The notes: a model not told the origin generated them from the sequence alone. A stretch of 64,000 bases of DNA from Mobula hypostoma (GCF_963921235.1 NC_086097.1:100380001-100444000); one strand, 5' to 3'. Counted from the stretch's first letter, positions 39,101 to 54,100 are shown. Translations and numbers: made by a program.

Positions 39101-42100
39101 CAATTCCACTGCCCTCCAAGCCGCTGAGCAGGGAAGGAGGGAAGGGCGACACAAGGCAGTGTGTAGGTGTGAAGGGTCAGTCGGGGGCAGAGAGGGCCGT
39201 TCCTGCACTGTGCATCTCTTCAGCCAGCTGCTGGTTGTGACACAGTGGGAAGTGGCTCCAAGTGCAAGTACGTTGCCCCCCCATCCCACCCACCCCTACC
39301 CGTGACCACACACAGCCTACCCGCAGCAGCAGATGCCCTGCATTCTCAGACCGCCACAGCTCACCACCCACGGGCACACCTGGTGGAAACCCAATCCCCT
39401 GGAGCCGGCCATCCTGAGCCCACATACAGAGGAGCTGCAGAATTCCTGGGCTTTGTCAATCAGGCCAGTTCAGAGCCAGACTCACTGCCCTCCGACACAA
39501 AAGTAACTCGACTCTTCGCAGCAGACAACCGGGGCGTGACAACGCTGACAAAGATGATCATTGGAACGGTCAGCTATCGTAACCTCAGACCATTACAGCC
39601 GCTCACAGGGCAAGAGCAATCTCAAAGACTGTTACAGCCGCACAGGATTACCCTACCACTTTCCTCAACGCGTTCACAGCTCGCTCAACAGGGCAAGGAT
39701 GTGACTGCAGTGGAGCCTTACCACAATGCCGCATGGGCTGGAGCATTTCAGTTAAGAGTCAGGAGAGATTGGGTTTGTTTTCCCTGGGGTAGAGAAAGTC
39801 AAGGGGGACCTGACAAGTGTACAAAATTATGAGGGACATAGATTTTGTCTTGGATGGAATTTGAGGAAATTTTTTTTCCCCCACCCAGAGGGAGGTTGAA
39901 ATCTAGAATAAACTGCCCAAGTGACAGACATGCTCACAACATTTAAGATGTACTTGGATGAGAAAGAGCATGAACAAGTTAGTTTTGAGTTGGAGGGAAG
40001 GTGGGAGAAACAAGGGGAAGGTTTGCAATAGGACAAGATCAGATGGGTTATCGAGGTTGCAGGGTGGCGGCGATGGTCAGATTCTCCTTTGTGTTGTGTT
40101 GCTAACAGCGAGACTAAGGGACATTTCAGCAAGCCAGTTTTCCCAACATACCTCACTCAACGATAATATCTCCAGCACCCCCCACTATACAGCCCTCCCT
40201 CACCCACCCATCCACTGCTTCTGCTCGTCCATCAACCATCTCCTAACACAGGAGTTCCCAACCCGGGCTCCACGGACCCCTCCATTAGTGGTAGGAGTCA
40301 ATGGCATAAAAAGGTTGGGAACCCCTATTCTGACTCAACCACTGGATGACCCCCATTTTACTGGCTGCTCAACTGCAAACACTTAGCTCATAGCCCCCAT
40401 TTCTTTCCATCCCCTCTTTTATCCTACCCAGGGTGCATGGGGCGTCAGGGAGGGGTAGCACCTCTGGTGGCGGCACATGTTGTGTCCTTTTCAAGGCGGT
40501 TTGTCCACCTTTGGTCCCCACCTGGCACTCAGCTCTCACCTGTGGCTCCCTGTAGCTGTTTGCATGTGACAGTGGCCACACCCTGGGTGACGGCTTCGAC
40601 AAGCCGGCTAAACCGGGTGAGGGTAGCTGACGGGTCTCAAACCCTCGGTGAGATAAGGAGTTGTCTATCCCTGCACGTGAAGACAGACTCCAGCGGATTG
40701 AGCAGACGAGACCAACGGAAGGTCCAACGGTCAAGAAGGCGGTCTCTGCAAGCGTCGTGGAACGCGTAGAGCTGGACAAGACACAGTAGACGTCCTGGTC
40801 ATCCACTGTGCCTAGTCCCATCTCCAGACGCCTCGACTCTTGTCTTGCCACTGGATCCAGATGGGAATTGGGAAGAGAGAGTGAGGCTGACACTGCGCAA
40901 CTCTCCCTCACTTAAATCCAAATCACGCGCTAGTCTCGACACCTCATAATGGTGTTGAGGTCCTCATCGACGATGATGGACAAACACACATACCCTAACC
41001 TATAAACCCTTCCTTTCCACTAACCCAAGTCTACCCCCTCACTCTCACTCTCTCACACACACACACACACAGACATACACACGCCTCAACCTGTCTCTGC
41101 CTCCCTCCCCAGCAGTCCCTTGCCCTACCCAGATCAACGATTTACCCTCAGCTCCCCCAAGCTCCCAGCTATCTCTCTCTGGCACAGGGAAAGGCAAGCA
41201 TAAATCGATTTTATTAGCCAAGTCTAATCGGGTTAGTTCTGGGAAACTGGACACGGTAACCTGCTTCTGAAATTTACTGAGGGGGCAGCAAGGTATGAAA
41301 TTTTCTCACAAGCACAGCACTCTCACATTATCAGGCACATTCCTCGTCTGTGCCAGCTGTCAACGGCACCCACCCACAGAACTGAGCACCAGAACAATGT
41401 CACTTTGACAGAGATTGGGGGCGGGAATCTTCCCCTGGCGCCCGATATCCCTCATTTTATTATTAGTCTGCTTTTCCTCAGTGCCAGGGTGGAGCAGGCT
41501 CCCAGCAGCATATTGTTTCAATCTTGTAATCCCATCTCCTCTCTCATATAAAGTATTCTTTAATCAACAATCTGTCTTGACACAGTTAGGAGCCAGGCTC
41601 CAGTGTTTTTTCTGTTCCAAGTCTCACTCCCTAATCCCAAGTGCGGGAGTCAAATGAAGGTCTAGGAATTTCACTGAGGAGGCAGAGTCCGATGCGCAGC
41701 CCTTCAAGGAACTCATCCTGCCGTGGATCAGCTGTGATCTTGTTACACGGCAGAGCAGGCTTCAGGAGCTCCACGCCTCACTCCCCCCATTAGTTTATAC
41801 AGAGTTAGACTTCACAATCTACATTAAAGAAGCTGCCAGCTCTCCCTCGACTCCACCCACCACCCTTGTGTACATCAAGTCCTCACACCCGCCCTACACC
41901 AATGACACGTTGTGTGGTGCTATAATCCTCTTCAGGACAGATCTGACAGCTCAGAACCACCGTCAGTGAGGGGTGGGGAGCATCGGCAGTACTGTCCCCA
42001 ACTCCACGGCCCAGCCATCCCTGGCCACAACCCTGGTTCACTCAGGGGGGCAGTGGGGCAATGCCGGGAGCAGTACTCACACCAGTAGCAGAGAAGCTGC

Positions 42101-45100
42101 GGTCAAGGACTACACGCAAGTTAAACAGCAACAACAGTGGGCCAAGTGACTCCAGACTACAAAATCCTGCAGTCTCACCACACCAGACAACGGAACAGCT
42201 AACGAGAGGTGGAGGGTACCCAGAATATCCTCATCCTCAATGGCAGGGCCCAGAACATGAGTGCCAGAGAGAAACCTTCACAACTACACTGAGGCAGAGT
42301 AGTAAATCCATTTTGAAATCCCCACTATGACAGCAGCCAGTCTAATTATCAGGAAATTGCTGTGAGCACTGGATTCAGTAAATATCCAGACAACATCCCA
42401 GCTGGATCAGTAGTTCAGAACTAGCTGCTCTACTAGCCATGAAGTTCTCGTACAATAACACTGGCATTTAACATGGAAAGTTGTTCATAACAAGTCCAAA
42501 CTGGGAAAGGGGAATTCTTCACTCAGAAGGTGGTGAGAGTGTGGAATGAGCTGCCAGCACAAGTGGTGCATGCAATTTTGATTTCAATGTTTAAGAGACA
42601 TTTGGATAGGTACATGGATGGGGAGGGTATGGGGGTTATGGTCTAGCTTCAGGTCAATGGGACAAGGCATGGACTAGATGAGCCAAAGGGCCTGTTTCTG
42701 TGCTGTGGTTTTCTGTGACTCTATCAAGTATCAAAGTGATGAAGACTACTGTCAATAATGCTCTCAACCAGTAAGCTGCTCACCACCGCAGAGTTTGGGC
42801 TTCACTTGGGCCACAAGGGTCCAAATCTCATCACAGCCTTCCCGAGTTCTGCAGGTGACAAGTGACAGGACAACATTCATGCTAAGAAATGCTCTCATGA
42901 CTCTCTGAGTGAAGGAGTTTCCACTCATGTTTCCCTTAAACTTTACAACTTTCACCCTTAACCTCTAGTTGTAGTTCCACCAAAAATTAGTGGAAAAATC
43001 CATCTATATCTCATCTATATGCTAATATAGAGATATTAGCATATCTCTATCAAATCACCTCTTAATCTTCTGTGTTCCAAGGAATAAAGTCCTAACCTAT
43101 TCAATCTTTCCTTATAACTCAAGTCCTCCAGTCCTGGCAACATCCTTGTAAATTTTCTCTGTACTCTTTCAACCTTATTTACATCTTTCCTGTAGATAGT
43201 GACCAAAACTGTATCCAATACTCCAAATTAGGCCTCACCAGTCTTATACAACTTCAATACAACATCCAATCTCCTGTAATCAATACTTTGATTTATGAAG
43301 GCCAATATCCCAAAAGCTTTCTTTACCACCCTATCTTTCTGTAACACCACTTTCAATGAATTATGGACCTGTATTCCCAGGTCCCTTTGTCCTAACACAC
43401 TCCTCAGTGCCCCACTGCTCATTGTATAAGACCTACCCTGGTTGGTCTCACCGAAGTGCAATGCCTTGCACTTGTCTGCATTAAATTCCATTTGCCATTT
43501 TTCAGCCGGTCTAGATCCCACACAAGCTCTGATAGTTATCCTTGTTGTCCGCTACATCCCCAGTATTGATGTCATCCACAAATTTGCTGATCCAGTTAAC
43601 AACTTTACCATCCAGATCACTGATATAGATGACAAACAACAACTGAACCAGCACTCATCCCTGCAGCACTCCACTAGTCACAAACCTCCAGTCAGAGAAG
43701 CAACCATCGACTACCATCTTCTGGCTTCTCCCAAAAAGCCAATGTCTAATTCAATTTACTATGTCATCTTAAATGAAAAAGTACTGAATCTTCTTGACCA
43801 CCCTCCCGAGTGGGACCTTGTCAAATGCTTTACTGAAATCCATGTAGACAACATCTACTGCCTTTCCTTCATCAACTATCCAAGTAACTTCCTCGAAAAG
43901 CTTAGTTCTATGAGATAAGCCAGACATGACCTACAACACACAAAGCCATGCTGACTATCCCTAATCAGTCCATGTCTATCCAAATACTCATATATCCAGT
44001 CCCTTAGAGTACCTTCCAATTAACTTTCCCACTACTAAAGTCAGGCTCACCAGCTTTCTACTTTCTGGTTTATTTTTAGAGCCTTTCTTATACAGTGGAA
44101 CAACATTGGCTATCCTCCAGTCCTCCATTTCCTCAACTGTCGCTAAAGATGATTTAAATATTTTGGCTTGGGCCCCTGCAATCTCCACACTTGCTTCCCA
44201 CCGGGTCTGAGGAAACACCTTGTCAGGCCCTGGGAATTTATTCACCCTAATTTGCCTCAAGACAGCAATGATCTCCTCCTCTATAATTTGCTTTGCCTCA
44301 CTTCTATAGACTCTGTGTCCATCTCCCAAGTGGATACAGATGCAAAAAATCCACTTAAAATCTCCCCATCTCTTTTGGCTCCACGCATGGATTACCATTC
44401 TGATTTTCCAGAGGACTAATTTTGTCCCTTGCAATCCTTTTGTCATTAACATATCTGTAGAAACCTTTCAGATTCTCCTTCACCTTGTCCGCTAGGCAAC
44501 CTCCTGCCTTCTTTTAGCCATCCTGATTTGCTTCTTAAGTAACACACATAAAATACTGGAGGAACTCAGCAGGCCATGCAGCATCTATGGAAAAGAGAAA
44601 ACAGTCGACAATTTGGGCCGAGACCCTTCATCAGGACACTTTAAGTGTTGTCTTGTGTTTCTAATACTCCACAAGTACCTCACATGTTCCTATTTCCCTC
44701 TATGCACCTCCTTTTTTTCTTACCAAGGGCCTCAATATGTCTTGGAAATCAAGGCTCCCTATACCTGTATCATGATCTTTTAATCCACAGGCACATACAA
44801 GCTTCATACTCTAAATATTTCACTTTTGAAGGCCTCTCACTTACCAAGTGCACCTTTGCCAGAAAACAGCCTGTCCCAATCCACACTTGCCAGATCCTTT
44901 CTGATACCATCAAAATTGGTCTTTCTCCAACTTAAAATCTCAACTCATGGATCAGACCAATCTTTTTCCATATTTGTCTTTGAAACTGATGGCATTATGG
45001 TCACTGGATACAAAATGTTTCCCTACACAAACCTGTCACATTCCCTAAGAGGACATCAATTATCGCACACTCTCTTGTTGAAACTTCTATGTACTAATTA

Positions 45101-48100
45101 AGGAAGCTTTTCTGAACACATTTGATAAACTCTATCCCACCTTATCCTTTTACAAGGAGTCTCAGTTACTATGCAGAAAGTTAAAAATCAACATTTTTTT
45201 TCTTGCAATAGTCTGCGATCTCTCTACAGATTTGTTCCTCCAAATCCCATGGACTGTCGTGTGGTCTCTAATCTTGCCCCACTAATGTTCATACCTTTCT
45301 TATTCCTCAGTTCCACCTATAAATCCTGACTAGACGAGTTCTCTGGTCTGTCCTGACTGAGCACTGCCATGACATTTTCTGACTAGTAACACCAGCCCTC
45401 CCCCTTTAATCCTTCCTGCTCCGTCATGTCTAAAACAGAACCCCGGAATATTGAGCTGCAGTCCTGCCCCTCCTGCACCCAAGTCTCACTAATGGCTACA
45501 ATATCATAATTCCAGGTGTTGGTCTAAGCCCTGAGCTCCTCTGCCTCTCCCATGATGCCTCTTGCATTGAAATTAACGCAGCTCAGGAGATTAGTTGCAC
45601 CATGCTCGACCTTTTGATTCCTGGTTTTGTCCAAGGTCAAGCAACATTTGTCTCCACAACCTCTTCACTATTTGTTCTGGCACTCTGGTTCCCATCCGCC
45701 GGAAACTCTAGTTTAACCCGCATTCCCCCCCCCCCACCCCGTCCAGCACTAGCGAACATTCCTGCTAGGGCATTTTTCTCCATCCAGTTTGGGTGCAAAC
45801 TGCCTCTTCTGTACAGGTTGCACCTTCCCTGAAAGAGTGCCCAATCATTCAGAAGTATGACACTCTCCGTCCTACACCTAACTCTCTGAACTCACTTTGC
45901 AGAACTACGCCACTCTTCCTACCTACATAGACCACCATGTCTGGATGCTCACTCTCCCACTTAAGAATGCTGAGGACTTGATCCGAGATGTCCTGGACCT
46001 TGGCACCCAGGAGGCAACATACCATCTGGGAATCCCGTTCTTATCCACAGAATCTCCCTTCTGTTCCCGTAACCAACAAATCCCCTATCACTGCAGCTCG
46101 CCTCTTCTGCCCCTTTCCCTTCTGAGTCACAGAGACAGACTCAGTGCCAGAGACCTGACAGCTGTAACTTTCCTCTGATAGGTCATCCCCCACCCCTAAC
46201 AGTATCCAAATTGTTGTTGAGGGGGATGGCCACTGGGGCACTCTGCACTGGTTGTTTAACCCCATCCCCTTCCTGATTGTCATCCAGTCTCCCATGTCCT
46301 GTGTCCTGCACCTTGGGTGTAACTATCTCTCTGTATGTCCTATCTATCACCTCCTCAGCCTCTCAAATGATCTGTAGTTCATCCAGTTCCAACTCCTTAA
46401 TGCAGAGTGTTAGAAGCTGCAGCTGGATGCACTTCTCACAGGTGTAGCTGTCAGAAACACTAGCGGTCTCCTTGCCTTCCCACATCCTGCAAGAGCAGCA
46501 TTCAACTATCCTGCCTGGCATCCCTACTGTTCTAACTGTCCAAACATAAAGAAGCAAACAATGAATAAACTGAAAGAAAAATCTACCTACAGCTTGAAAA
46601 AGGATCTAGTGCTTTCCCGGTGTATTTGACAAATAATCTCTCCTCGAGCTTCCGGCTGGGTACAGGTATTGATTTTAATCGACGTTTTGCTGACAAATTC
46701 TGCCATCATCATCAGAGATGAAGCCTAGGCAAGTCTAGTCTGGTGGCATTTATACCCTTCGTCCATCCCTCCGGACTGGTTAGTAGTCACCCAATCAGGC
46801 TTCCAACTGAACCACCTTGTTTACAATCGAATTCCAGTTCTTACTTAGAGCGAGACCTTCCCTCCAAGTAAGAACTTCCCCCCCGGGTGCCAAGCATTAA
46901 CACAGAAAAATAACCGGGAAATCATCTGATCGGGACCGAAGTTTGTCTATTGAAACATAGCATCATTCCATGTTTTGGGATAAGACAGGGAATCTTTAAG
47001 GAACAGTGTGTACACTGACAGTGAATGCAGAGATTTCATTCCATCAACTCCATCGTCTGTGTGTGATGTTACACTCCCCAATGTAGAAGGTAATCCACCT
47101 AAGCCAGCCTGCTCACTCCAAACACAATGCCAAGACACTTTGATGCTCTTTGACAACAAAGTCCTTCCCAACTCAAGCCAAGCTTCCAGTGACACATCTG
47201 GTTCTTTATAAATATACATCTTCAAAACCAGTGCAGGCTGTGGGAAGATACACAGTGGTCAACATGGACAGGCCCAGTGAATGGGTAAGGACATGACAGA
47301 TGGAATTTGACATGGAAAAATGTCACACCATCCACTTTTCTGAAAGAAATAGAGGAGGTTTCTCTTCTAAAACAGTGAGTGTTGATATTGAAGGGTCCTA
47401 AGTGCACACAAATCACTCTCAGTTAAGAAGCAGGTAGAGAAAGCAAAAATATATTCACCTTTATTGGAAAGAACACCAAAGCAAGAGTAAAGGTGTTTTA
47501 TTTGCCTGAGTAAGACTGTATCTGCACTGTTGTCTCTTGTGATACCAATTTCTTCCTACAGTAATTGCACATTGCATCTGCACATTAGCTTTAGTGACTT
47601 GTGTTCAAAGAAAATCAAGACATTTTAGCATATTACCCAACTTCACATGGCTTGAAAGTACAGTGGATTCCAGTTAACTGGGACATCAGTTAATCAGAAC
47701 AGCCACCTACTTGGAACAACTCTTAAAGAACAAAAAGTAATTGAGAAAATAGCTGGGATTCCTTCATTTATTTGGGACACTATGCTGGTTAATTGGGACA
47801 GGGGACTTAAGCCGAATAATTTCTAACTAGCATCGGTTGCATGCACTTGTGCAGCCATTAAACACTACACCGGGCTTAGAGTGAACAGTTTTTAAACAGT
47901 GTTAGTTGTGAGCATTTGTGTTCTAAAAGCAGTGAGAAAAAAGCAGTAAGACAATTCAGAACTGTTTTGCTCACTGTGGTTTCAAGCATTCAGACTTGGA
48001 AATGCCAGCAAAGGCCGGAGTGAAAATGAAACGATTTCACTACTTCAACATGTTAGGAACTATGAACAATTTGAAGGTATGACAACAATCGTCTTCAATG

Positions 48101-51100
48101 TTACCTTTGATCCCCACCGGACACACAGCTCTCACCTGTGGCTCCAAATAGCTGTTTGCATGTGCCATGACCACACCCCAGTACACCACTTTGACAGGCG
48201 AGTTAAACCAGGTGAGGGTAGCCACGGGTCTCATACTCCAGTGAGATCGGGACATGACTGCCCTGGCGTTCAAAGGCAGCTCCAGCAGTCTGGGTGGATA
48301 TGATCTACAGTGAGATCCAAAGGCCAGGACACTATGTGGAGATCGAAGGGCATGACAAGGCACAGAAGAAGTCACGGTTATCCAGTGCAACCAGGGAAGA
48401 CCCCGTCTACTGGTCCCACTGGACCCGGATCTCTGAGGTCGAGAGAATGGAACTGCCCTGATTCAACAGCTTTTCCCACTTTAAAAACTCTCCAGCACAG
48501 GTCTCCTGTCATTCTCTGATATGAAGGACAACCACCAGTAGTAATAATATTGGTGGTGTTCTAATTGGTTCTGTATTTAATTTAAATATATCGTTTGTTG
48601 GACAAACGGTTTGTTTTTTTAATACTTTTAAAAAACTATTTCCATGAAACTTTAGCTAACTGGGGAGCCCGTTTATTGGGACAAAATATACAGCTCCTAA
48701 TGTGTCTTAATTAACTAGAATCCACTGTACAGTATATGAAACTAAAATGGAACACTTCACACTCTTCCATAATGTTCCATCAGCCTTGTTCTTGCCCACC
48801 ACAGTCCAATGGCATTCCCACTGAACAGCAGGGGAGGCTCAAGGGCCTTAACGGCCTATTCCTGACCCCAATTCCACACAGTCCCATATGCAAGGCACCA
48901 CTGTTGTTGGAAGAATCTCAGATGGCAATCAGGAGGCTTTTGGTAATGAGACAGATCAATTGCTTGAGGTGTCAGCAAGACCAAGGGTCTGATTGTAGGG
49001 GAGGGTGAGAACACACCATCCCTCATCGAGGGGTCAGCAGTGGAAAGGGTGAGCAGCTTTAAGTTCCTGAATGTCAATATTTCAGAAGCCAGTGCATTGA
49101 TGCAATCTGAAGGCAGCATGCCACCGGTTCTACTACATTAGGAGTTTGAGATTTGGCATGTCACCAAAGACTCTTATAGATTTCTAAAGAATTACGATAT
49201 AGAGCACTGCATCAGAGTCTGGTATGAAGCCTCCAAAGCACAGGATCACAAGAGGCGGCAAAGGTTTGCAGACTCAGCTAGCCCCTTCACAGGCACGAGG
49301 ATATCTTCAAGATGTGATGCCTCCAGAAGGCAGCATCCATTATTAAGGACCTTCACAATCCAGTCATGCCCCTTTCTAGTTACTACCATCAGCGACGTGG
49401 TACAGGGAGCCTCGAGACCCACTTTCAATATTTTACCAACAGCTTCTTCTGCTCTGCTATCTGATTTCTGAACAGTCATGAACACTGCCTCATATTTCCT
49501 TTCCTTCAACACCATTATCTTTGTAACTTCTAGAGTTTTCTGTCGTGCACTCTATTGCTGCTGCAAAATAAAACTTCACATCACGTTGGTAAGAACAAAT
49601 CGGATTCTGACATTAGCTTAACCTTTACATTTCGGTGTGGGTGGACGTGTAGGAGCCTTCAGCTACACTGAAAGGGCATATTCAGGGAACGAAGCGTAAC
49701 CGACCAAAGGGGGAACGATCATGTGTAGCAGTTGCCTGTCACAGGGAGGAGCCATGGCAGCGCGAGCTGCTTCTGCAGTATTTACAGTGCCCAACACTCC
49801 AGTAATGAGATACAAGAGAGGTCATCCCTCTTCCTGCACAACACTGTCTTGTGAACTCCTTCCTGTTGGAAGTTGAGATGGAAGCCAAAATTCCCAGAGG
49901 AAGAATGAAAATCACACCAGCTCCAGTCAAGAGCAGATCATATGACAGGTGAGTCATGCCAGTCCCCCCCCCCCGTACTCTTCTCTGCCAATCCAACAGC
50001 CCACCCACAGATATTCCCCACCCTCTGCACCCCAGCAACCATTCCGTGATTGGCTTAACCACAATCCTGATGCTTGTGGGGGAAATTCTGGCAACTTAAT
50101 TCATAAAATAAACTGATTGTCACAGTGAATTAAACAGATGAATCCTAACACTTTGCACCTTCCAGGGTTTTGTAACTTTTCTCTGAACCAGAGGATCTGT
50201 TTAAAATAGGGTGCTCGTTGCAAAACACTTGGAAAACAGAGTTTACTTATAGCTCAGTGTAGTATGTCAACCCTGTCAACAAGACAAATACCAACATCAG
50301 TCCCACAATGCTGTAAACATCCTGGCCCTCGCACTTAACTTGCCAGGTTATGAATTTGATATTCTGTCAACAAGACAACCCAGCACAGCCCATCAGTCTC
50401 ACTCAGTTGTTAATGGCATTCCATTTAGTTTTCCTACTTTATCTAGATATTATAAAAATAGCGATGACACGATTAACCAAAAATTCAGAGTTTCCAATGG
50501 TATTTATAATCCACTTGACCTGGCATAATGTATTTCCGACATTACAACAGTCTGTATCAGAAATACATCATTGTCTGTAAAGCCTCCGGGACCTTCTGGG
50601 TCAAAGGACCCAGTAAAGTTACAAATTCTCTCTTCCTCTGGTGTGCTACAGCAGGAGCCATTGGTCTCGGATTGCACTGTGGTGTAAGGGGAGAAGTGTC
50701 TCGGGGTTTCGATGTACAGAAATGTTTCCGAAACCAGCTTGTGCTTCACAACTTCAAACAACGCTACTGTTTCTTGGCATAATTCAATTTTAACACTCCC
50801 CAGCTGAAATAAAGAAGCTTGAAAACGTGCCAGGCTTGGATCTATTGGTTAAGACACCAGTAACATTATCCTGGTTTTCCTCTCCAGCATTCTATTGATG
50901 TGGATTTTCAGCAACTTCTGTCTGCGTCACAGTCCCATTACAATGTTGCCATTGGCTGTATGCCCCTCTCATTCTTCTCCTCTTCTTACCCTCCTCAGGA
51001 CAGGTCAATTATCAACAACTTCACAGCACCTCCAACCGTGACATTATTTACCTCCGTCCTAGACACAGACCTTCCTGCTACCCTTCACTTTTCCTACACC

Positions 51101-54100
51101 TCAAAACATGTTTACTTCCTCAGTTCACCAGTTCAGAGTACATCAAAACAAATACATGTCACCATTTACAAACCTGAGATTCATTTTCATGTGGGGAATC
51201 ATGGTAAATACAAGAAGCATCATAGAATCAATGAAAGACCCTAAACAACACCACTGACAACCAATGTGCAAAGTCAATAAAGTGTGCCAATACAAAAATA
51301 GAGAAAAATTAATAAGCAATAAATATCAAGAACACGGGATGAAGAGTCCTTGGAAGTGATTCATAGGATGTGGGAACATTTCAGTGATGGAGCAAGTGTA
51401 GATGACTGAAGTTATCCCCTCTGGTTCAAGAGTCTTATGGTTGAGGGGTAGTAACTGGTGGCGTGAGTCCTGAGGCTTCCTGATGACAGCAGGGAGAAGA
51501 GAACATGGCCTGGGTGGTGAGGGTCCTTGATGATTTCCTGTGACAGTACACTGTGTAGATGTGCACAATGGTAGTGACGGACTGGGCTATGTCCACTTCT
51601 TTTTGTGGGTTTTCCATTCAGGGGCATTGGTGTTTGCATACCAGGTCATGATGCAGCCAGTCAATATACTCTATAGAAGTTTGCCACAGTTTTAGATGAC
51701 ATAACCAAACGTCACAAACTTTGAAGAAAGTAGAGGCACTGCCGTGTTTTCTGTGTGCTGGACCCAGGGCAGATGCTCTGAAATAATAACACCAAGGAAC
51801 TTAAAGTTGCTGACTCTCTCCACCTCTAAGCCCCCAGTGAGTACTGGCTCATGGACCTCTGGTTTCCTCCTCCTGTAGTCAATAATCAGCTCTTTGGTCT
51901 TGCTGACTTTGTAGTTGTATGGCACTGCTCAGCCAGATTTTCAATCTTCCTCTTATATGCTGATTCATCACCACCTTTGGCCAATGATAGTGCTGTTGTC
52001 AGAAAACTTACATATGGCACTGAAGCTGTGCTTAGCCACTGTCATAAGTGTAACATGAATAGAGCAGGGGGCTAACCACACAGCCTTGTGGTGCACCTGT
52101 GCGGATGGAGATTGTGTTGTCAATCTGAACTGACTGGGGTCTGAGAGTGAGGAGACTAGTTTTGAGGGGATTATAGAATTGAATGCCAAGCTGTAGTTGA
52201 GAAAGAGCTTCCTGAAGAGCCAATAAAATGGCGCAACCCTTCTCAGGCAAGAGTTGATAGGTTTCATCACCAACCTCTCAAAACACTTCATCACTGTGGA
52301 TGCAAGTGCTACAGGATAATAGTCATTGAGGTAAGTCACCACATTCGTCTTAGGTACCCATATAACTGAAACCTGCTTACAACAGGTGGGTACATTAGAC
52401 AGTCAAAGCTAGATGTTAAAGTTGTCAGTGAGAACTCCAGCCAGTTGATCAACACAGGTCTTTAGACTTGACCAGGTACCTCATCCGGGTTGGATGCTTT
52501 CTGTAGGTTCATTGAACAAAGGTATTGAACTTGTCTGGGAGCAAAGCCTTATTGTCACCTATGCTGCTGGGTTTCCCTTTGTAAGAGTTAATAGCATTCA
52601 AGCCCTGCCACAGCTGTCCAGCATTCTTCAGTGATTCAAGTTTGATTCAGAATTGTCACTTCACACATGAGATGGCTTACTGGAGATCGTACCTGGACCT
52701 CTCATTTTTAATTTGGTTGCCAGACCTGATTGCCACTGATCTGACCCTCAGCAGACTGTGGATCTCATGGTTCTGGTTAGAGAAGATTACGAATGATTTT
52801 GTGGGGACACACTCGTCCACGACTGTTTTTATAAAGTCCGTGACAACCATGGTGTATTCATTCATATCCTCTGATGAGTCTTTGAACACAGCCCAGGCCA
52901 CCGACTCGAAGCAATCTCGTAACCGCTCCTCTGCCTCCTGCAACCACCCCTTTGTTGTCCTCACCTCTGGAGCCCTGCCTTTTAGCCTCTGTCTGCATTC
53001 AGGTCAGAGAAAGACAATCGGGTGATCAGATCTCCCGAACTGCAGCCTAGGCATGGAACTGTAGGCACTCTTAATCATAGTATAGCAGTGGTTGAATGTG
53101 TTGGACCCCGGTACTGCAGGTAATAAGCTGATGATAATTGGGCAGAAATTTCTTCAAACGAGTCTGATTAAAGTCCCCAACAATGATTTGAAAGGTGTTG
53201 GGGTAGGTTGTTTCTTGTTTGCTGACAGTGGCATTCAGTACCTCAAGTGCCTGCTTAACATGGGCATTCTGAAGAGGAATTTAACCCTAATCCCAGTACC
53301 TACACCTGAAGCTAACTGCTCCTCTAACCCTCCATCCACAGATGCTGCCTGACCTGCTGAATATTTTCCATTTTAATTTGAGAAGTACAGATTTTTATTG
53401 TGCACTATAACCTGGTATTCCCATAAATACTTCAATAAAATCCACATTCAACTCTTCAACATCTCAAACTTTCTACAGATCTAATGAGAAAGAAAGGCTT
53501 GCTTTTACAATGTATCTCACTGTACTTTATGTTAAAGTACAACCCTTGCTTTAATGTAGGAAAGGGCAACTCATTCAGCGCAAGTGTGGGCACCATGGTA
53601 GTGTAGTAGTTAGCACAATGCTTTACAGTACCAGAGACCCAGGTTCTATTCCCACTGCGGCCTGAAAGGAGTTTGTATGTTGTCCCCATGACTGTGTGAG
53701 TTTCAGTTTCATCCCACAGTCCAAAGGCGTACAGTTAGGAGGTTAATTGGTCATTGTAAATTGTCCTGTAATTATGCTAGGATCAAACGGGGAGCTGCTG
53801 GGTGGCGTGGTGGAAGGGCCTATTCCGAGGTGTATCTCAATAAACAAACAAACCAACTCCCACAGGCAGCAGCGAGGTAGACGAGTGAGTAAGTTGTACT
53901 GGCCGGGGATAAATTAATACTGACACACTGGGGAGAGCTGCTTACTTCCTACAATAGTTCACTACACAGCCGGCAGGGTCGTAGCTTGAGTGCAGTACCC
54001 TAGTGGTCATGTACAGGAGCCTTGGGCTCAAATGCAGAGAGAAGAATTTGAATCTTCCTGTTCTCCTGTAGGGGGAACTGCTACAACACAGTCATGCTGG

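Noticed and set aside
39245..39832. 195-aa plus-strand ORF
   Set aside because: No recognisable domain or exon structure; likely chance in GC-rich intron sequence
53588..53660. tRNA gene
   Set aside because: It is the tRNA-derived head of a SINE, continuous with the V-domain and tail
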